From positions 480,001 to 544,000 of the forward strand of contig CAVYTU010000015.1 of the NCBI GenBank assembly GCA_963771465.1: a DNA stretch of 64,000 nucleotides. Direction: 5' to 3'. Shown in pieces: positions 10,262-19,852 of the stretch (position 1 is its first letter; each line of letters begins with the position of its first letter). The notes below the pieces were generated by a model. It was not told the origin of the DNA. It worked only from the letters and a program-made list of their open reading frames with translations, and searched no databases. The translations under genes and the position numbers were made by a program. Source of the DNA: an uncultured delta proteobacterium. GTDB lineage: Bacteria > Desulfobacterota > Binatia > UBA9968.

Positions 10262-11261
10262 CTAAGCGGCGGTCTCTTCCCGATAGAGCTGCAACGCTTC
10301 CATCACTGGCCGGTCGTTGATGGAAAAAAGAATTGCTTCGTCATTGCCAAGATTCTCATGGCCGTGCCACTGCCAGAGGGGAATCACAAAGCTGTCACCC
10401 TTTTTCCATTCCAGATACCCTTCGCCGACCTTCGTGCGTCCCTGACCTTTAAAGCAATGATAGAGCGATGTGCTGGTGTGACGGTGCGCCTTTGTCGACT
10501 CTTTCGCATTGAACAGCTGAATCTCGCACGACATCGTCGGGTAGGTGTAGCCGCCGGTGGCCGGATTGATGTAACGCAGCAGCGTACCGTCATAAGGATC
10601 GCGATCGTCCTTCCCCATCGCTTTCAGTGCCCGGTAAGTTTCTTTGAAGGAATAACGAAACGGCACGCCGCGGCGGTATGACGCTTCCTGTTTCGGCGGG
10701 CGTGCAAAGCCCATGCGGCCGAGCGACTCGCCGGTTTGCCGGGTGATTTTTTGTTCTGGCGTTGCCGAATCTTCGAAGAACAAAACGTTGAGCGACTGGA
10801 TCAGCGGACCATCCAGACCATCAAGCCAGATGATCGGATCTTCCGACTCATTGTGATGATCATGCCAAGTCCAGTTGGGCGTCAGAATCAGGTCGCCTTC
10901 TTCCATGAAGAATTTCTCACCGTCCACCGCCGTGTAGGCGCCCTTGCCTTGCACGACGAAGCGAATTGCCGCCATGTTATGGCGGTGTGCTTTGGCGACT
11001 TCGCCGGGATTGACGATGGAAAAAGTGATCTGCAGCGTGTGCGAAGTAGAATTTCATCGGCAGATGCGGACTGACCAAACGAATCGCGCGCCGCTCTGCT
11101 TGTTCGATGCCAATCGTCTCGCTCGCTTTGAGCAGCCCGTCGAGCAGCGGTTCCCATTTCCACAAATACGGCGCTTCCGAAGCATGCCCCGGCACACGCG
11201 TACGCCAGAACCCGGAGAGCTGATTTTTTTCTAGCTGGCTATCGAGTTCTTCGAGCTTCAT
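10262..11261 (-). CDS. Gentisate 1,2-dioxygenase-like bicupin, one frameshift near 11045
   Basis: AERRAIRLVSP, AHRHNMAAIRFVVQGKGAYTAVDGE, LTPNWTWHDHHN, WLDGLD, YINPATGG, AHRHTS. Confidence 0.85.
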
Positions 11262-11276
11262 CGCCGCTCCCCCAGT

Positions 11277-12005
11277 TTAGGCCGCTTTCTCCATCGCCTG
11301 CGCCATTCCGCCAAAGTAAGCGCGGTGAATTTCCATGGATTCTTTCGCGGTGGTGAGCACGTCTTGCTCTCGTCCCGGCGCGACGTACTTCTCCAGTACA
11401 TCGATGAACATGTCCGAGTGTTTCACGTCGGCCTTGCTATGCGCCGTGAAGTTCGGCATCTGCGCGTCGGAGAAATTCAGATCCCGCTGCCAGTTCTTGT
11501 AGAGCCGGGTGCAGTTTCCGCCGCCAAGATCGCCGAGCAAGCGATCGTCATTGGTCCATTCGGCGATCGTCGAAGCGGCGATGGATTCCTGCCAGGCGCG
11601 ATTGCGCGCGATCCACGACCACGCGTAGATCGCCGCCGTGGTCGTCGGCAGCGGCGCGGCGGCGAGAATATCCTCGACACTCAAGCCAACTTCCTTGCCT
11701 TGGCGAAAGATCAGATCGAGGTGGCCGTGCTTGGAGTGTTCGTCTTCGATCAACTCTTCATATTCATGGGACATGATGCGCTGCTTGACATCGAACTCGG
11801 GACAATTCGCCGCTACTTGAGGCCAAAAATCGCGCCGTTTGCGGACGTAGAGACTCAACTGCAAGAGATAAATCTGCGCCCGCCGCTCGGTCATCTTTAC
11901 TGAGTAAAACTGCTCCATCTCGGGCGATTGGAACAAGTCACGCACACATTCGCCCAACTTTTGTCGCCATTCCTGTGGTTTCATGATCGTTCCCTCCATC
12001 GACAA
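11277..12005 (-). CDS. Heme-oxygenase-like diiron protein (CADD/PqqC/TenA-like)
   Basis: Candidate diiron ligands EYEE...GH, AEW and HSKADVKH match the E-H-E-H-D-H arrangement of CADD-type proteins. Confidence 0.75.
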   Translation of the reverse strand: MSMEGTIMKPQEWRQKLGECVRDLFQSPEMEQFYSVKMTERRAQIYLLQLSLYVRKRRDFWPQVAANCPEFDVKQRIMSHEYEELIEDEHSKHGHLDLIFRQGKEVGLSVEDILAAAPLPTTTAAIYAWSWIARNRAWQESIAASTIAEWTNDDRLLGDLGGGNCTRLYKNWQRDLNFSDAQMPNFTAHSKADVKHSDMFIDVLEKYVAPGREQDVLTTAKESMEIHRAYFGGMAQAMEKAA

Positions 12006-12091
12006 TCGATTACATGAATGAAGCGTAACTCAATACTTGGGTTGGTCGTCGGCACAAACCATCTGAAAAGTTTTTGCGCCACGCCCCCGTA

Positions 12092-12121
12092 GACGTAATC
12101 AATCCGCTAATAAATTGTCAA
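12092..12121 (-). promoter_or_regulatory. Possible sigma70-type promoter of the aromatic operon
   Basis: Exact TTGACA (12116..12121, minus strand) with a weak -10 (TTACGT/TACGTC) 17-18 bp downstream. Confidence 0.35.
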
Positions 12122-12330
12122 GCAGAGAGACCCATTGGCACAGGCGGCGATCCGCGACTGACACCCGGGACATCGGCGGCGGTGACAAAAGCTGGCTGAA
12201 GGGAATTGGCTCGAATTACGTGGATGGTTGAGTAACTACATTGACCGAGCACGGCGAGAGCCGGTGCGGAATACGTATTCAGCGAGAGTCAGATGCGGAT
12301 ATTTGGCAAAACGAGACCGGCAAAAATCGC

Positions 12331-12720
12331 TCACAGCTCATCGATGGCGCTCAAAAGTTCTTGGAGGTCCACGGGCTTGGTAAAAAAAGCCGAGGCGCCT
12401 TTCCCAAACGCTTGGCGCCGGGTATCGGTGGTGGGAAACGCTGTCATCATGATGACTTTAATTTCAGGTTGGCGCTGCTTCATTTCCCCCAAGAGCGATA
12501 GTCCATCCATCGAACCCATTCTAATATCGATTAATGCCAGGTCCGAAGCCGCTTTTTCAACGAGCTTCAAAGCGTCTTCACCGTTCAGTGCGGTGCGAAC
12601 CTGGTAACCCCTAGTGGTCAAAAACCAATCCAAAAGGTCCACAAAGTTTTCTTCGTCATCGACGACCAATACAGACTTGACCATCGTTTTATCCGCACTT
12701 AATGTCCCTACACTATTCAT
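12331..12720 (-). CDS. Single-domain response regulator
   Basis: VLVVDDEE, LIDIRMG, MMTAFP, FTKPVD. Confidence 0.9.
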   Translation of the reverse strand: MNSVGTLSADKTMVKSVLVVDDEENFVDLLDWFLTTRGYQVRTALNGEDALKLVEKAASDLALIDIRMGSMDGLSLLGEMKQRQPEIKVIMMTAFPTTDTRRQAFGKGASAFFTKPVDLQELLSAIDEL

Positions 12721-12778
12721 AAATCCTGCATCGCGCACATACTGACTGCCCTGGCTTCAGCTGCCTCCTATTTAGCTA

Positions 12779-12794
12779 AGCAGAAATCATTCCA
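12779..12794 (-). promoter_or_regulatory. sigma54 (-24/-12) promoter
   Basis: Minus strand TGGAAT-GATTT-CTGCT (GG-N10-GC, less canonical). Confidence 0.55.
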
Positions 12795-13146
12795 GTGCCC
12801 CATTTACCCAAATAACGTAAAATTGGTAGGTTTTTTGTTTCCAATCCATCGTAATGGAGATTTAATCGAACAACATCTAGCGCTTTTTGAACGAATTTTC
12901 CGGACGGAAAGTTCGCGATATGAATAGATTTTCCCCACATACATTAGCTTCTTTGCCTTTACCCCGGTGTGTTTGATTTATTGCTGCATGGGTCCGCCGT
13001 TGCACGGCCACTGCTGACTGTGTCAGCCAAAACACGCCGGGCTGACGAGCAGAATTAATAACTTATCCGGATTGTATTAGCAGCTGCAGAAGTCGCGGCG
13101 TGAACCCAGAGTTTTGTCACCAGATCGGCCACGGTCTTGGAGAAGA

Positions 13147-13184
13147 TGGGACGGGAACCGCGCTGTCGCTCGGTTCCCGTCCCA
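13147..13184 (-). terminator. Strong hairpin at the 3' end of the PRC-CsbD-secreted protein operon
   Basis: Perfect 14-bp inverted repeat TGGGACGGGAACCG / CGGTTCCCGTCCCA; tail TCTTCT on the minus strand. Confidence 0.65.
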
Positions 13185-13216
13185 CGGACGGAGAGGCTAG
13201 TCTTTTCTTCCCCTCG

Positions 13217-13609
13217 CTAATCGTTCTTGTCGGACCTGCTAGCTGCACTCTCTCCTGTCTTTTGTCCAGACTTCGTTATGGCGTCAGCCAGTAACATACC
13301 ACCTTGATCTCGATAGGTAACGCTTACGTTATCGCCAATTTTGATCGACTCAAGGGATTCCTTAGCCGCGCTCGCTTGTACATTTAGGTTGAGGTCTTTC
13401 TCGGCCGTCTTGACCGCAAGTTTGCCGGTTTTGACATCGACGGAAGTTACTTGGCCCGTGGCGCGTTTTGCGCTGGCTTTGCTTTCCATGCCGGCTTCCG
13501 CCGCTGGTTTTGCGGGTTTCGCCGGTTTGTCTTCTTGCGCAAAGCTCATGGCAGAAACAGCCATCATTCCAACACCTACTAAACAGGACGTCACAAGTTT
13601 ATTTCGCAT
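13217..13609 (-). CDS. Secreted hypothetical protein (signal peptide plus a small OB-fold-like beta domain)
   Basis: Signal peptide ending SFA-QE, then ATGQVTSVD...IKIGDNVSVTY; AGGAG RBS. Confidence 0.7.
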   Translation of the reverse strand: MRNKLVTSCLVGVGMMAVSAMSFAQEDKPAKPAKPAAEAGMESKASAKRATGQVTSVDVKTGKLAVKTAEKDLNLNVQASAAKESLESIKIGDNVSVTYRDQGGMLLADAITKSGQKTGESAASRSDKND

Positions 13610-13637
13610 AAAATATCTCCTTCTGATCATTTGTTAT

Positions 13638-13868
13638 TTATATTCGATTTCCGGCTTCCGTTGTCTTGTGGGAACTCTTTTCGCACCAATCCTCGGCCCA
13701 GCGCTCCACTTCCTCTTTCCGATCACCGTAGCGCTTTTGCACAACGCCGAGGAATTTATCGTAATCACCCTCAGCTTCCACAAGATCGTTATCGGTAAGC
13801 TGACCCCACTTTTTCTTCACCTCTCCTTTAAACTGTCGCCAATTCCCTTTGAATTGATCTCTATTCAT
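13638..13868 (-). CDS. CsbD/YjbJ-family general stress protein
   Basis: MNRDQFKGNWRQFKGEVKKKWGQLTDNDL...G.VQKRYG. Confidence 0.92.
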   Translation of the reverse strand: MNRDQFKGNWRQFKGEVKKKWGQLTDNDLVEAEGDYDKFLGVVQKRYGDRKEEVERWAEDWCEKSSHKTTEAGNRI

Positions 13869-13919
13869 CAAATCGTCCCTCCTTCATTAATTATTCAAAC
13901 ACTCTTTCTCCTGCTGCCC

Positions 13920-14666
13920 TTAACACCACCAATAGTTTGGCTGACCGTAATGCCCGTAGAGTTCCGTCTCGTACGAGCGACTGAGCTTTTCTGGGTCGTA
14001 CTCGGGACTGGTCTTAATCGCATGACGCGACAAATTGACGTAGAGGTTGGAATTTTTCCAATCGACGTTCGCAACCCATTGAGGAGCGATCAGCACTTTT
14101 TTACCTGGCCACCAATCGCGCGTGTGGGCGATCATATAGCGGATAGTCCAGCTCTCATCGTCGACCACGAAGTCATCGACGTGACCGATCTCTCCGTCGG
14201 TTGCCTGGAGCGCATACCCAGTCACGTCTTTCACGCTGCGCAAATGTGACTCGTTGATTGCTTGGGTCAGCGCAACCTTTCTATCGATTCCTTCAGTGAT
14301 CAAGTCTTGCGGCAACGTCACGGGACCCCATACGTCCCCACCCTCCCAATAATAGGGCCAAGCATAATAGTCGTAGTACTTGATTTCATCCTGTGCAGAT
14401 AGGCTCTCGTCCATACTAATGTCAGGGCTGTTTCTTACTTGCTCTTGGGTCAGCAGAACGGGGAGTCGTTTCTCTTCCCAATCAGCGCGATCGATTACAA
14501 TGGGTGAAATCAACACTTTTCTTCCAGCCAGCCAACGATTGGTATCGGCCACCAAGTAACGAACCGTCCAGTTTTTGTCATCGAAGATGAAGTCGCTTGC
14601 TGCGCCAATATCGCCATCTTTAGCTCCTATCGAGAAACCTTTCAGGTCTTTCATTTTTCGCAGCAT
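13920..14666 (-). CDS. Tandem PRC-barrel domain protein
   Basis: Two repeats: GFSIGAKDGDIG..DFIFDD..WTVRYLV.DT..WL.GRKVLISP and GYALQATDGEIGHVDDFVVDD..WTIRY...WWPGKKVLIAP. Confidence 0.9.
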   Translation of the reverse strand: MLRKMKDLKGFSIGAKDGDIGAASDFIFDDKNWTVRYLVADTNRWLAGRKVLISPIVIDRADWEEKRLPVLLTQEQVRNSPDISMDESLSAQDEIKYYDYYAWPYYWEGGDVWGPVTLPQDLITEGIDRKVALTQAINESHLRSVKDVTGYALQATDGEIGHVDDFVVDDESWTIRYMIAHTRDWWPGKKVLIAPQWVANVDWKNSNLYVNLSRHAIKTSPEYDPEKLSRSYETELYGHYGQPNYWWC

Positions 14667-14723
14667 GGTCGGTTCTCCATTTTCCGTGAACGCGCGCGGA
14701 CGTAATTCCTACCCCTACCTAAA

Positions 14724-14739
14724 CGCACATACGATGCCA
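14724..14739 (-). promoter_or_regulatory. sigma54 (-24/-12) promoter
   Basis: Minus strand TGGCAT-CGTAT-GTGCG; IHF-like TTTCAGCCAGTTA at 14769..14781. Confidence 0.7.
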
Positions 14740-14967
14740 ACGGTGTCGCATTTGTGTAAGGTTCGTTTTTTCAGCCAGTTATAAATCTTGAATTCGTTGG
14801 CTGAGTTGTCAGAAGCAGAACTATTCCCTACACAAGCAACGGACAGCGTGAGGAATTTTCATGAGGCAGACAACGAGCTCCGTGAAGAAAGATGTGTTGA
14901 GCCGATTTCGTAGCGTCTCTAAAGACTGCTTTCATGTCTGTGACTTTTTCTTGCTACTGAGGAAGGA

Positions 14968-14996
14968 GGTCCCGATCTCGTGAAGAGACCGGGACC
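14968..14996 (-). terminator. Hairpin downstream of the DUF1328 gene
   Basis: Minus strand GGTCCCGGTCTC-TTCAC-GAGATCGGGACC (12-bp stem, one G-U pair). Confidence 0.55.
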
Positions 14997-15021
14997 CTAG
15001 GCAGGCAAAATTACCAGGAAA

Positions 15022-15186
15022 CTAAACAGGAGGTCTTCGACCCATCACGAGACCCACAACAAACAGGATCATGAACACGACGAACAGGATCCATGCGATC
15101 TGAGTCGCCGCACCGGCCACGCCGCTGAGACCCAACACACCGGCGATCAGAGCTACCACTAGAAATGTTATAGCCCAATTTAACAT
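15022..15186 (-). CDS. DUF1328 (UPF0391/YtjA) small membrane protein, 54 aa; not in ORF track
   Basis: Manual translation [54 protein letters not shown]; AGGAGG RBS. Confidence 0.92.
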   Translation of the reverse strand: MLNWAITFLVVALIAGVLGLSGVAGAATQIAWILFVVFMILFVVGLVMGRRPPV

Positions 15187-15250
15187 AGACAGGCCCTCCT
15201 TTCCGCGAAAGTAGCTTTCGCCGATTTCAGTTTTCTCTTCGCCTTCTGCT

Positions 15251-15388
15251 TCACATTCGCACCAGTCCCAAGATGCCGATCACGATCAGATAGATGGCAA
15301 CGATGTAATTCAACAATCTGGGAATCATCAGGATCAATATTCCTGAGATCAGTGCTACCAAAGGCTGAAGGGCGACTTGTATTTGCAT
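15251..15388 (-). CDS. DUF3096 small membrane protein, 45 aa; not in ORF track
   Basis: [45 protein letters not shown]. Confidence 0.88.
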   Translation of the reverse strand: MQIQVALQPLVALISGILILMIPRLLNYIVAIYLIVIGILGLVRM

Positions 15389-15485
15389 CACCTTAAATCC
15401 TCAACCGCGCTCGCGTGACCGAGTCAAGTAGACTCGTTCCATTAGCATTCTCCATCACAACAGCTCAACAATTCGATTCGCCCGA

Positions 15486-15586
15486 TCAAGTGCAGCCGCG
15501 AACTAAAAAAAGTATTAACAACAGTGGAATCGGCACGCCGATCCCCACAAAAGTATCCATCCAATTGCACCTTTTTCGTTATGCAT
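15486..15586 (-). CDS. ~33-aa single-pass membrane microprotein, 1-nt frameshift in a G run
   Basis: MHNEKGAIGWILLW / GIGVPIPLLLILFLVRGCT*; GAGGAG RBS upstream. Confidence 0.65.
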
Positions 15587-15618
15587 TGTTCTCCTCAATT
15601 TTATTTGTGACACCAAAT

Positions 15619-15891
15619 TTAGAATGCTAAATCAATCAGGCCGCCGACCGCCCGAAATGGCAACGCCAACGTTTTGCCGACAATATCCACAGTGCCACTG
15701 AGGATGCCGCCTGATTCGGTACTGCTTTTTTCCGTCTCAGTGGTCTCGGTTCTTCTCACCACAGGGCCAGTCGCGGCATCCGTATGATCGCGAGTGGTTT
15801 CGTAGGATTCGGTTTTAACGGTCTTGCTTTGCGTCGAGCAAGCCGACGTCAATAAAATTCCCGATATCAACAAATATCCTAGCGTTTTCAC
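15619..15891 (-). CDS. Small lipoprotein
   Basis: Lipobox LTSAC, T/E-rich linker and amphipathic end (VGKTLALPFRAVGGLID); GGAGG RBS. Confidence 0.75.
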   Translation of the reverse strand: MKTLGYLLISGILLTSACSTQSKTVKTESYETTRDHTDAATGPVVRRTETTETEKSSTESGGILSGTVDIVGKTLALPFRAVGGLIDLAF

Positions 15892-15902
15892 GGCAACCTC
15901 CT

Positions 15903-16079
15903 CTACGCGATTTTTAAAACTTTGCGCCGCTTCAATCGCACTCGTCGCTTTGCGAAGAGATCCTTCACAATAAAAGACACCAAAAAATTGGTATTGACCG
16001 AGCCGCGAGTTAACGGCGAAATTTCCTCGGTCACGGCCGCAATCAAATCTCCTAACGTCGCCTTCTTCGGTAGAGTCAT
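15903..16079 (-). CDS. 58-aa hypothetical protein, paralog of 48184..48348
   Basis: MTLPKKATLGDLIAAVTEEISP...NFLVSFIVKDLF; AGGAGG RBS; first gene after a sigma54 promoter. Confidence 0.7.
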   Translation of the reverse strand: MTLPKKATLGDLIAAVTEEISPLTRGSVNTNFLVSFIVKDLFAKRRVRLKRRKVLKIA

Positions 16080-16155
16080 AGTCAAGCCTCCTGAGTTCTC
16101 GTACTTCCCAAAACGAGTGCGCTCAATGTCGCCCAGGTTTCTGCAGACCCGATTG

Positions 16156-16171
16156 AGCAACCACCATGCCA
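16156..16171 (-). promoter_or_regulatory. sigma54 (-24/-12) promoter
   Basis: Minus strand TGGCAT-GGTGG-TTGCT. Confidence 0.82.
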
Positions 16172-16541
16172 GGACCTGACAAATCAGAAATTCTCTTTTG
16201 TTTAATAGATTCTCGCGATTTTATCGGTGCGGAGAATTAGCCGCGCGAGCGGTTCTTCACCTGCAATTTGTCGGGATTTCTCTTCTTAGTAGGTTTTCGG
16301 CCGGCGATTTTTCAGCACGTGAATTCCGAAACTCGCGTTGAATGGCCGATTTGGCAGAGCCTAGGCAAACGATGTTCCCGTTACTCTTCCTGCCCGCCCA
16401 ATCTCTAAGGAGAGGGGTTTAACTTCTATGTTAGTATTTTCCCTCTCGCGGAGAGCGAAAAATCAGACAAGCAAAAGGTTTAAGATATCTAGTAATCGGC
16501 TAAGTGATCTACAGCACAGCAGTATCGAAGGTCGATAGGTC

Positions 16542-16557
16542 TGGCATGTCATTTGTT
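16542..16557 (+). promoter_or_regulatory. Variant sigma54 promoter (-12 GT) for the BON lipoprotein
   Basis: TGGCAT-GTCAT-TTGTT. Confidence 0.5.
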
Positions 16558-16626
16558 AGGTAATAGATTATGACGAATTTCGTGTCGTCATAATTCGCAA
16601 AAAAGTAGGGAAAATAGGAGGACCAG

Positions 16627-16977
16627 ATGAGACATTCATACTGGCTCACGCCAATCGTTCTGAGTTCGGTTTTGATTTTACCGGGTTGCGATAAGGGAAA
16701 GGATCAACCCACCCCGACATCGGAAAGCGCACCGAGCACCGCGACTACGAAAATGTCGGATTCCGATTTGGAAAAATCAATTCGCGCCAAGTTAGAAAGC
16801 GATGATGCAGTCAAACAAGCCAACTTATCGGTTAAAGTCGACGTAAACGATAATAAGGCGACTCTATCAGGAACCGTCGTTTCCCAAGATCTCAGGAGTA
16901 AGGCGATCGATCTGGCGAAAAGCGCACAGCCGGGATTGATCGTAGAGGACAAGATCGATGTTAAACCAGCCGCGTAA
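16627..16977 (+). CDS. BON-domain lipoprotein (OsmY-like)
   Basis: Lipobox LPGC; SDSDLEKSIRAKL...ATLSGTV...VEDKIDV; AGGAGG RBS. Confidence 0.88.
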   Translation: MRHSYWLTPIVLSSVLILPGCDKGKDQPTPTSESAPSTATTKMSDSDLEKSIRAKLESDDAVKQANLSVKVDVNDNKATLSGTVVSQDLRSKAIDLAKSAQPGLIVEDKIDVKPAA

Positions 16978-17029
16978 TGTAAGCCGAGCGCCACGGCAAA
17001 GAATCGGCGGCGAGGCCGCCGAACTGGTG

Positions 17030-17182
17030 GCGGACAAAGCCACCAACTTCACCCGTATCGATGTAGATACGACTAATCATGTGGTCTCACTAACCGGCAT
17101 GGTCGAGTCGCCTGAGCAAAAAGCGCGCGCCCGGCAAATTGCAATGGATGTCAGTGGCGTGCGCCGAGTCGACAACAATTAA
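17030..17182 (+). pseudogene. Truncated second BON domain
   Basis: LVADKATNFTRIDVDTTNHVVSLTGMVESPEQKARARQIAMDVSGVRRVDNN*; no signal peptide or good start, ends just before the usual terminal L.V. Confidence 0.65.
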
Positions 17183-17218
17183 CGGCACGGACCGTCGTGA
17201 AAGACTCGGAGAGATAAC

Positions 17219-17380
17219 ATGAAGCTGGTATTGCCTTGATACTCCTAGGCATCGTCGGTCGACATCGGTCCAATCCAGGCGACTGCCGAAAGAGAAAAAT
17301 CGATTCCACTGCCGCCCCTGTTGGGCGGACTTGTTTTGGTCGCCGGGATCGGCCTGGTGGCCGTCGGTTACAAGAAATAG
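17219..17380 (+). pseudogene. DUF3185-like small membrane protein with internal deletion/frameshifts
   Basis: Pieces GIALILLGIV and VDIGPIQATAEREKSIPLPPLLGGLVLVAGIGLVAVGYKK* lie in different frames. Confidence 0.55.
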
Positions 17381-17468
17381 CGCTGGCGGCAAATAAAAAT
17401 TGACACTAGACCAGAATTCGTGCACCAATAAAGAAATCTTTGAACCTCAGCGCGATTGATGTCGGCCC

Positions 17469-17831
17469 ATGCAGAGATCCGTATTGATCGTTGACGATGA
17501 AACGAATTTGTTGGTACTTCTCGACTCCGTCCTATCTAAAGAAGGATTCCAGGTAAGTACGGCAAGCAACGCCTACGAGGCGCTCGAAATATTCGATCAC
17601 GGACGCTTCAATATTGCGATACTCGACATAAAGATGTTTCCCGTTGGCGGCGTTGTCCTCCTCGCCGAAATCAAAAAAAGATCGCCGTCGACTCAGGTCG
17701 TAATGATTACGGCTTATCCCACGGCCGACACTCGTAATGAATGTCTGCGCTTTGGCGCCGCCGACTATCTTACCAAGCCACTCGATATCCAAACACTCAC
17801 GACCGTCGTTCGAAACCTGGTGGAACTTTGA
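17469..17831 (+). CDS. Single-domain response regulator, paralog of 12331..12720
   Basis: VLIVDDE, ILDIKM, MITAYPT, LTKPLD. Confidence 0.9.
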   Translation: MQRSVLIVDDETNLLVLLDSVLSKEGFQVSTASNAYEALEIFDHGRFNIAILDIKMFPVGGVVLLAEIKKRSPSTQVVMITAYPTADTRNECLRFGAADYLTKPLDIQTLTTVVRNLVEL

Positions 17832-18004
17832 GTTTATCTCAGCATCGGCAGAAGAACTGATTCTGTGCCGAACCGAGGCGCGAAGGGGACCTCTGGCCGA
17901 GTGACGACACTCAACACTGCGGCTGCAAAATCAATTTAATTGGTGGGTAACCAGTCGGCAACGGGATAGCTCTCGATATCGGGCCACCTCCGTGCTGAGT
18001 TGGC

Positions 18005-19414
18005 TTAGTCGGATTTCTTATAGTCCGCCAATTTGATTTCATGCTTTTTTAGCAAGTCATAGAAATCGGCGCGATATTTCCCGGCGATCTCGGCGGCTTT
18101 AGACGCTTTACCGTTGCAGATCTCCATGAGCCGCATGAGATAAGCCTTTTCAAAATCGGTCCTCGCCTCTTTGAGCGATTTGAGTGCACCCAGCACCGGC
18201 ATCGCCTGGGATTGCGGCGTAGCTTCTACGGCCGCCGTAGCCACGTGACCGGCCGTTGGCAGCACCAGATCGTCGGTGATCACGTTCTGCGGCGCCATGG
18301 TCACGGCGTATTCCAGAGTATTCTCCAATTCCCGTACGTTTCCCGGCCAATCATGCTGCATCAGCTTCTGCATCGCTTGAGGTGTTAGCCCGGTGACATC
18401 CTTCTTCAATTGTTGGCAAATCTTCTTGAGCAAATGATCGACGAGATGCGGGACATCTTCCGGTCGCTCTTTCAGCGGCGGTAGGATTAAGGGAATGACA
18501 TGAATTCGGTAGAAGAGATCTTCGCGGAATGTTCCCTTTTTCACTTCCTCAATCAAGTCTTTCTTGGTCGCAACAATCACCCGAACATCGACTTGGACGG
18601 GTTTTTCGCTCCCGACGGGATAGAATTGACGTTCTTCTAGTGCTCGCAAGAGTTTTACCTGGATGGAAAGAGGCATGTCGCCAATCTCATCGAGAAAGAG
18701 CGTGCCTTCGTGAGCCTGAGTAAATAACCCCTTGGTGCTGCGCACGGCGCCGGTAAAGGCACCTTTCTCATGTCCGAAAAGTTCGCTTTCGAGTAAGGTT
18801 TCCGGAATAGCGGCGCAATTGATCGCGACGAGTGGCTGATCCTTACGCTCACTGGCGAGATGAATCGCCTTGGCGATCAATTCCTTGCCTGTGCCGCTTT
18901 CACCGTGAATGTAAACTGTTGAGTCAGCTTTGGCGATTAACGAAACCGCTTCGAGCACTCTCTGCATCTTATCGCTCTTGGCGACGATGTTGGCGAAATC
19001 ATACTTTTCTTTCAATAGGCCTTTGAGCCGGATGTTTTCGGTCGTGAGTTTACGGCTTTCCAGAGCTCGCTCGATCTGCAGGAGCAGCTCGCGCGGATCG
19101 AACGGTTTCGTAAGATACGTGTAAGCGCCTCGCTTCATCGCCTCGACGGCACTCTCGACACTTGCGTGGCCGGTGAGAATAATAACCGGCATCGCGGGAT
19201 TCATGGCGTGCAAGCGCTCCATGAGCGTCATTCCGTCTTGGTCCGCGAGACGTAAGTCAACGATGGATAAGTCGAAACTTTCGCTCTTGGTGGCGTTCAA
19301 CGCCTCCTCAGCATCGACGGCCACGGTCACCTCGTAATTGGCGCCGTTGAGTCGGCTCCTCGCCAATTCGAGCAGATTCTGGTCGTCGTCGACCACCAAA
19401 AGTTTTGCTGCCAT
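18005..19414 (-). CDS. sigma54-dependent response regulator (REC-AAA+-HTH), GlrR/QseF/NtrC-like
   Basis: REC domain, Walker A GESGTGKE, intact GAFTGA, LFLDEIGD, FREDLFYR, WPGNVREL; HTH ASKAAEIAGKYRADFYDLLKKH resembles the GlrR type. Confidence 0.95.
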   Translation of the reverse strand: MAAKLLVVDDDQNLLELARSRLNGANYEVTVAVDAEEALNATKSESFDLSIVDLRLADQDGMTLMERLHAMNPAMPVIILTGHASVESAVEAMKRGAYTYLTKPFDPRELLLQIERALESRKLTTENIRLKGLLKEKYDFANIVAKSDKMQRVLEAVSLIAKADSTVYIHGESGTGKELIAKAIHLASERKDQPLVAINCAAIPETLLESELFGHEKGAFTGAVRSTKGLFTQAHEGTLFLDEIGDMPLSIQVKLLRALEERQFYPVGSEKPVQVDVRVIVATKKDLIEEVKKGTFREDLFYRIHVIPLILPPLKERPEDVPHLVDHLLKKICQQLKKDVTGLTPQAMQKLMQHDWPGNVRELENTLEYAVTMAPQNVITDDLVLPTAGHVATAAVEATPQSQAMPVLGALKSLKEARTDFEKAYLMRLMEICNGKASKAAEIAGKYRADFYDLLKKHEIKLADYKKSD

Positions 19415-19569
19415 GATTTTTCTCACGTCATTGGTCTTATTTGTTTCCGGGTCCGAGCACAAGCGCCGTAAGAGCCCAAAAAGGCTGGCAATCGCTCATC
19501 ACCTATGACGGCTTACCACTCGGCTATCGTGATACCGTCCTGCAACGATTCAAAACTGATCAGCATTGA

Positions 19570-19794
19570 TCAGTAAATAATCGAACCGGACTCGATCTGA
19601 CTTTTGCGGGATTCATATTCCCGCCGTGAAATTCTTTCGCTCCGATAATCATCTTCCAGTCTATCCATCTGGCGTTTGGCGTTGAATTCATAGCCCGCGC
19701 CGGTCGCGAGCGCGCCGGTCGCCGCCCCGCCGATAAACGCGCATCCCCATTGGCTTACAATGGTCAATAACAACAGTGCTAAATATTTCTTCAT
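19570..19794 (-). CDS. Small lipoprotein with glycine-zipper and SHOCT-like tail
   Basis: Lipobox-like QWGC, GGAATGALATGAG, ISRREYESRKSQI. Confidence 0.75.
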   Translation of the reverse strand: MKKYLALLLLTIVSQWGCAFIGGAATGALATGAGYEFNAKRQMDRLEDDYRSERISRREYESRKSQIESGSIIY

Positions 19795-19836
19795 GGGCGT
19801 TTCCCTTTATTTTATTACCCACGTTCGTATCTATCT

Positions 19837-19852
19837 AACAAGTCGCATGCCA
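19837..19852 (-). promoter_or_regulatory. Variant sigma54 promoter (-12 GT) upstream of the lipoprotein and activator
   Basis: Minus strand TGGCAT-GCGAC-TTGTT, with tandem 19-mer motifs at 19928..19965. Confidence 0.6.

Noticed and set aside
13341-14249. Long + strand ORFs (e.g. 13341..14249, 5422..6297, 25832..26899, 30336..31079, 36275..37051)
   Set aside because: These are antisense shadows of well-supported minus-strand genes in GC-rich DNA, with no recognisable motifs.
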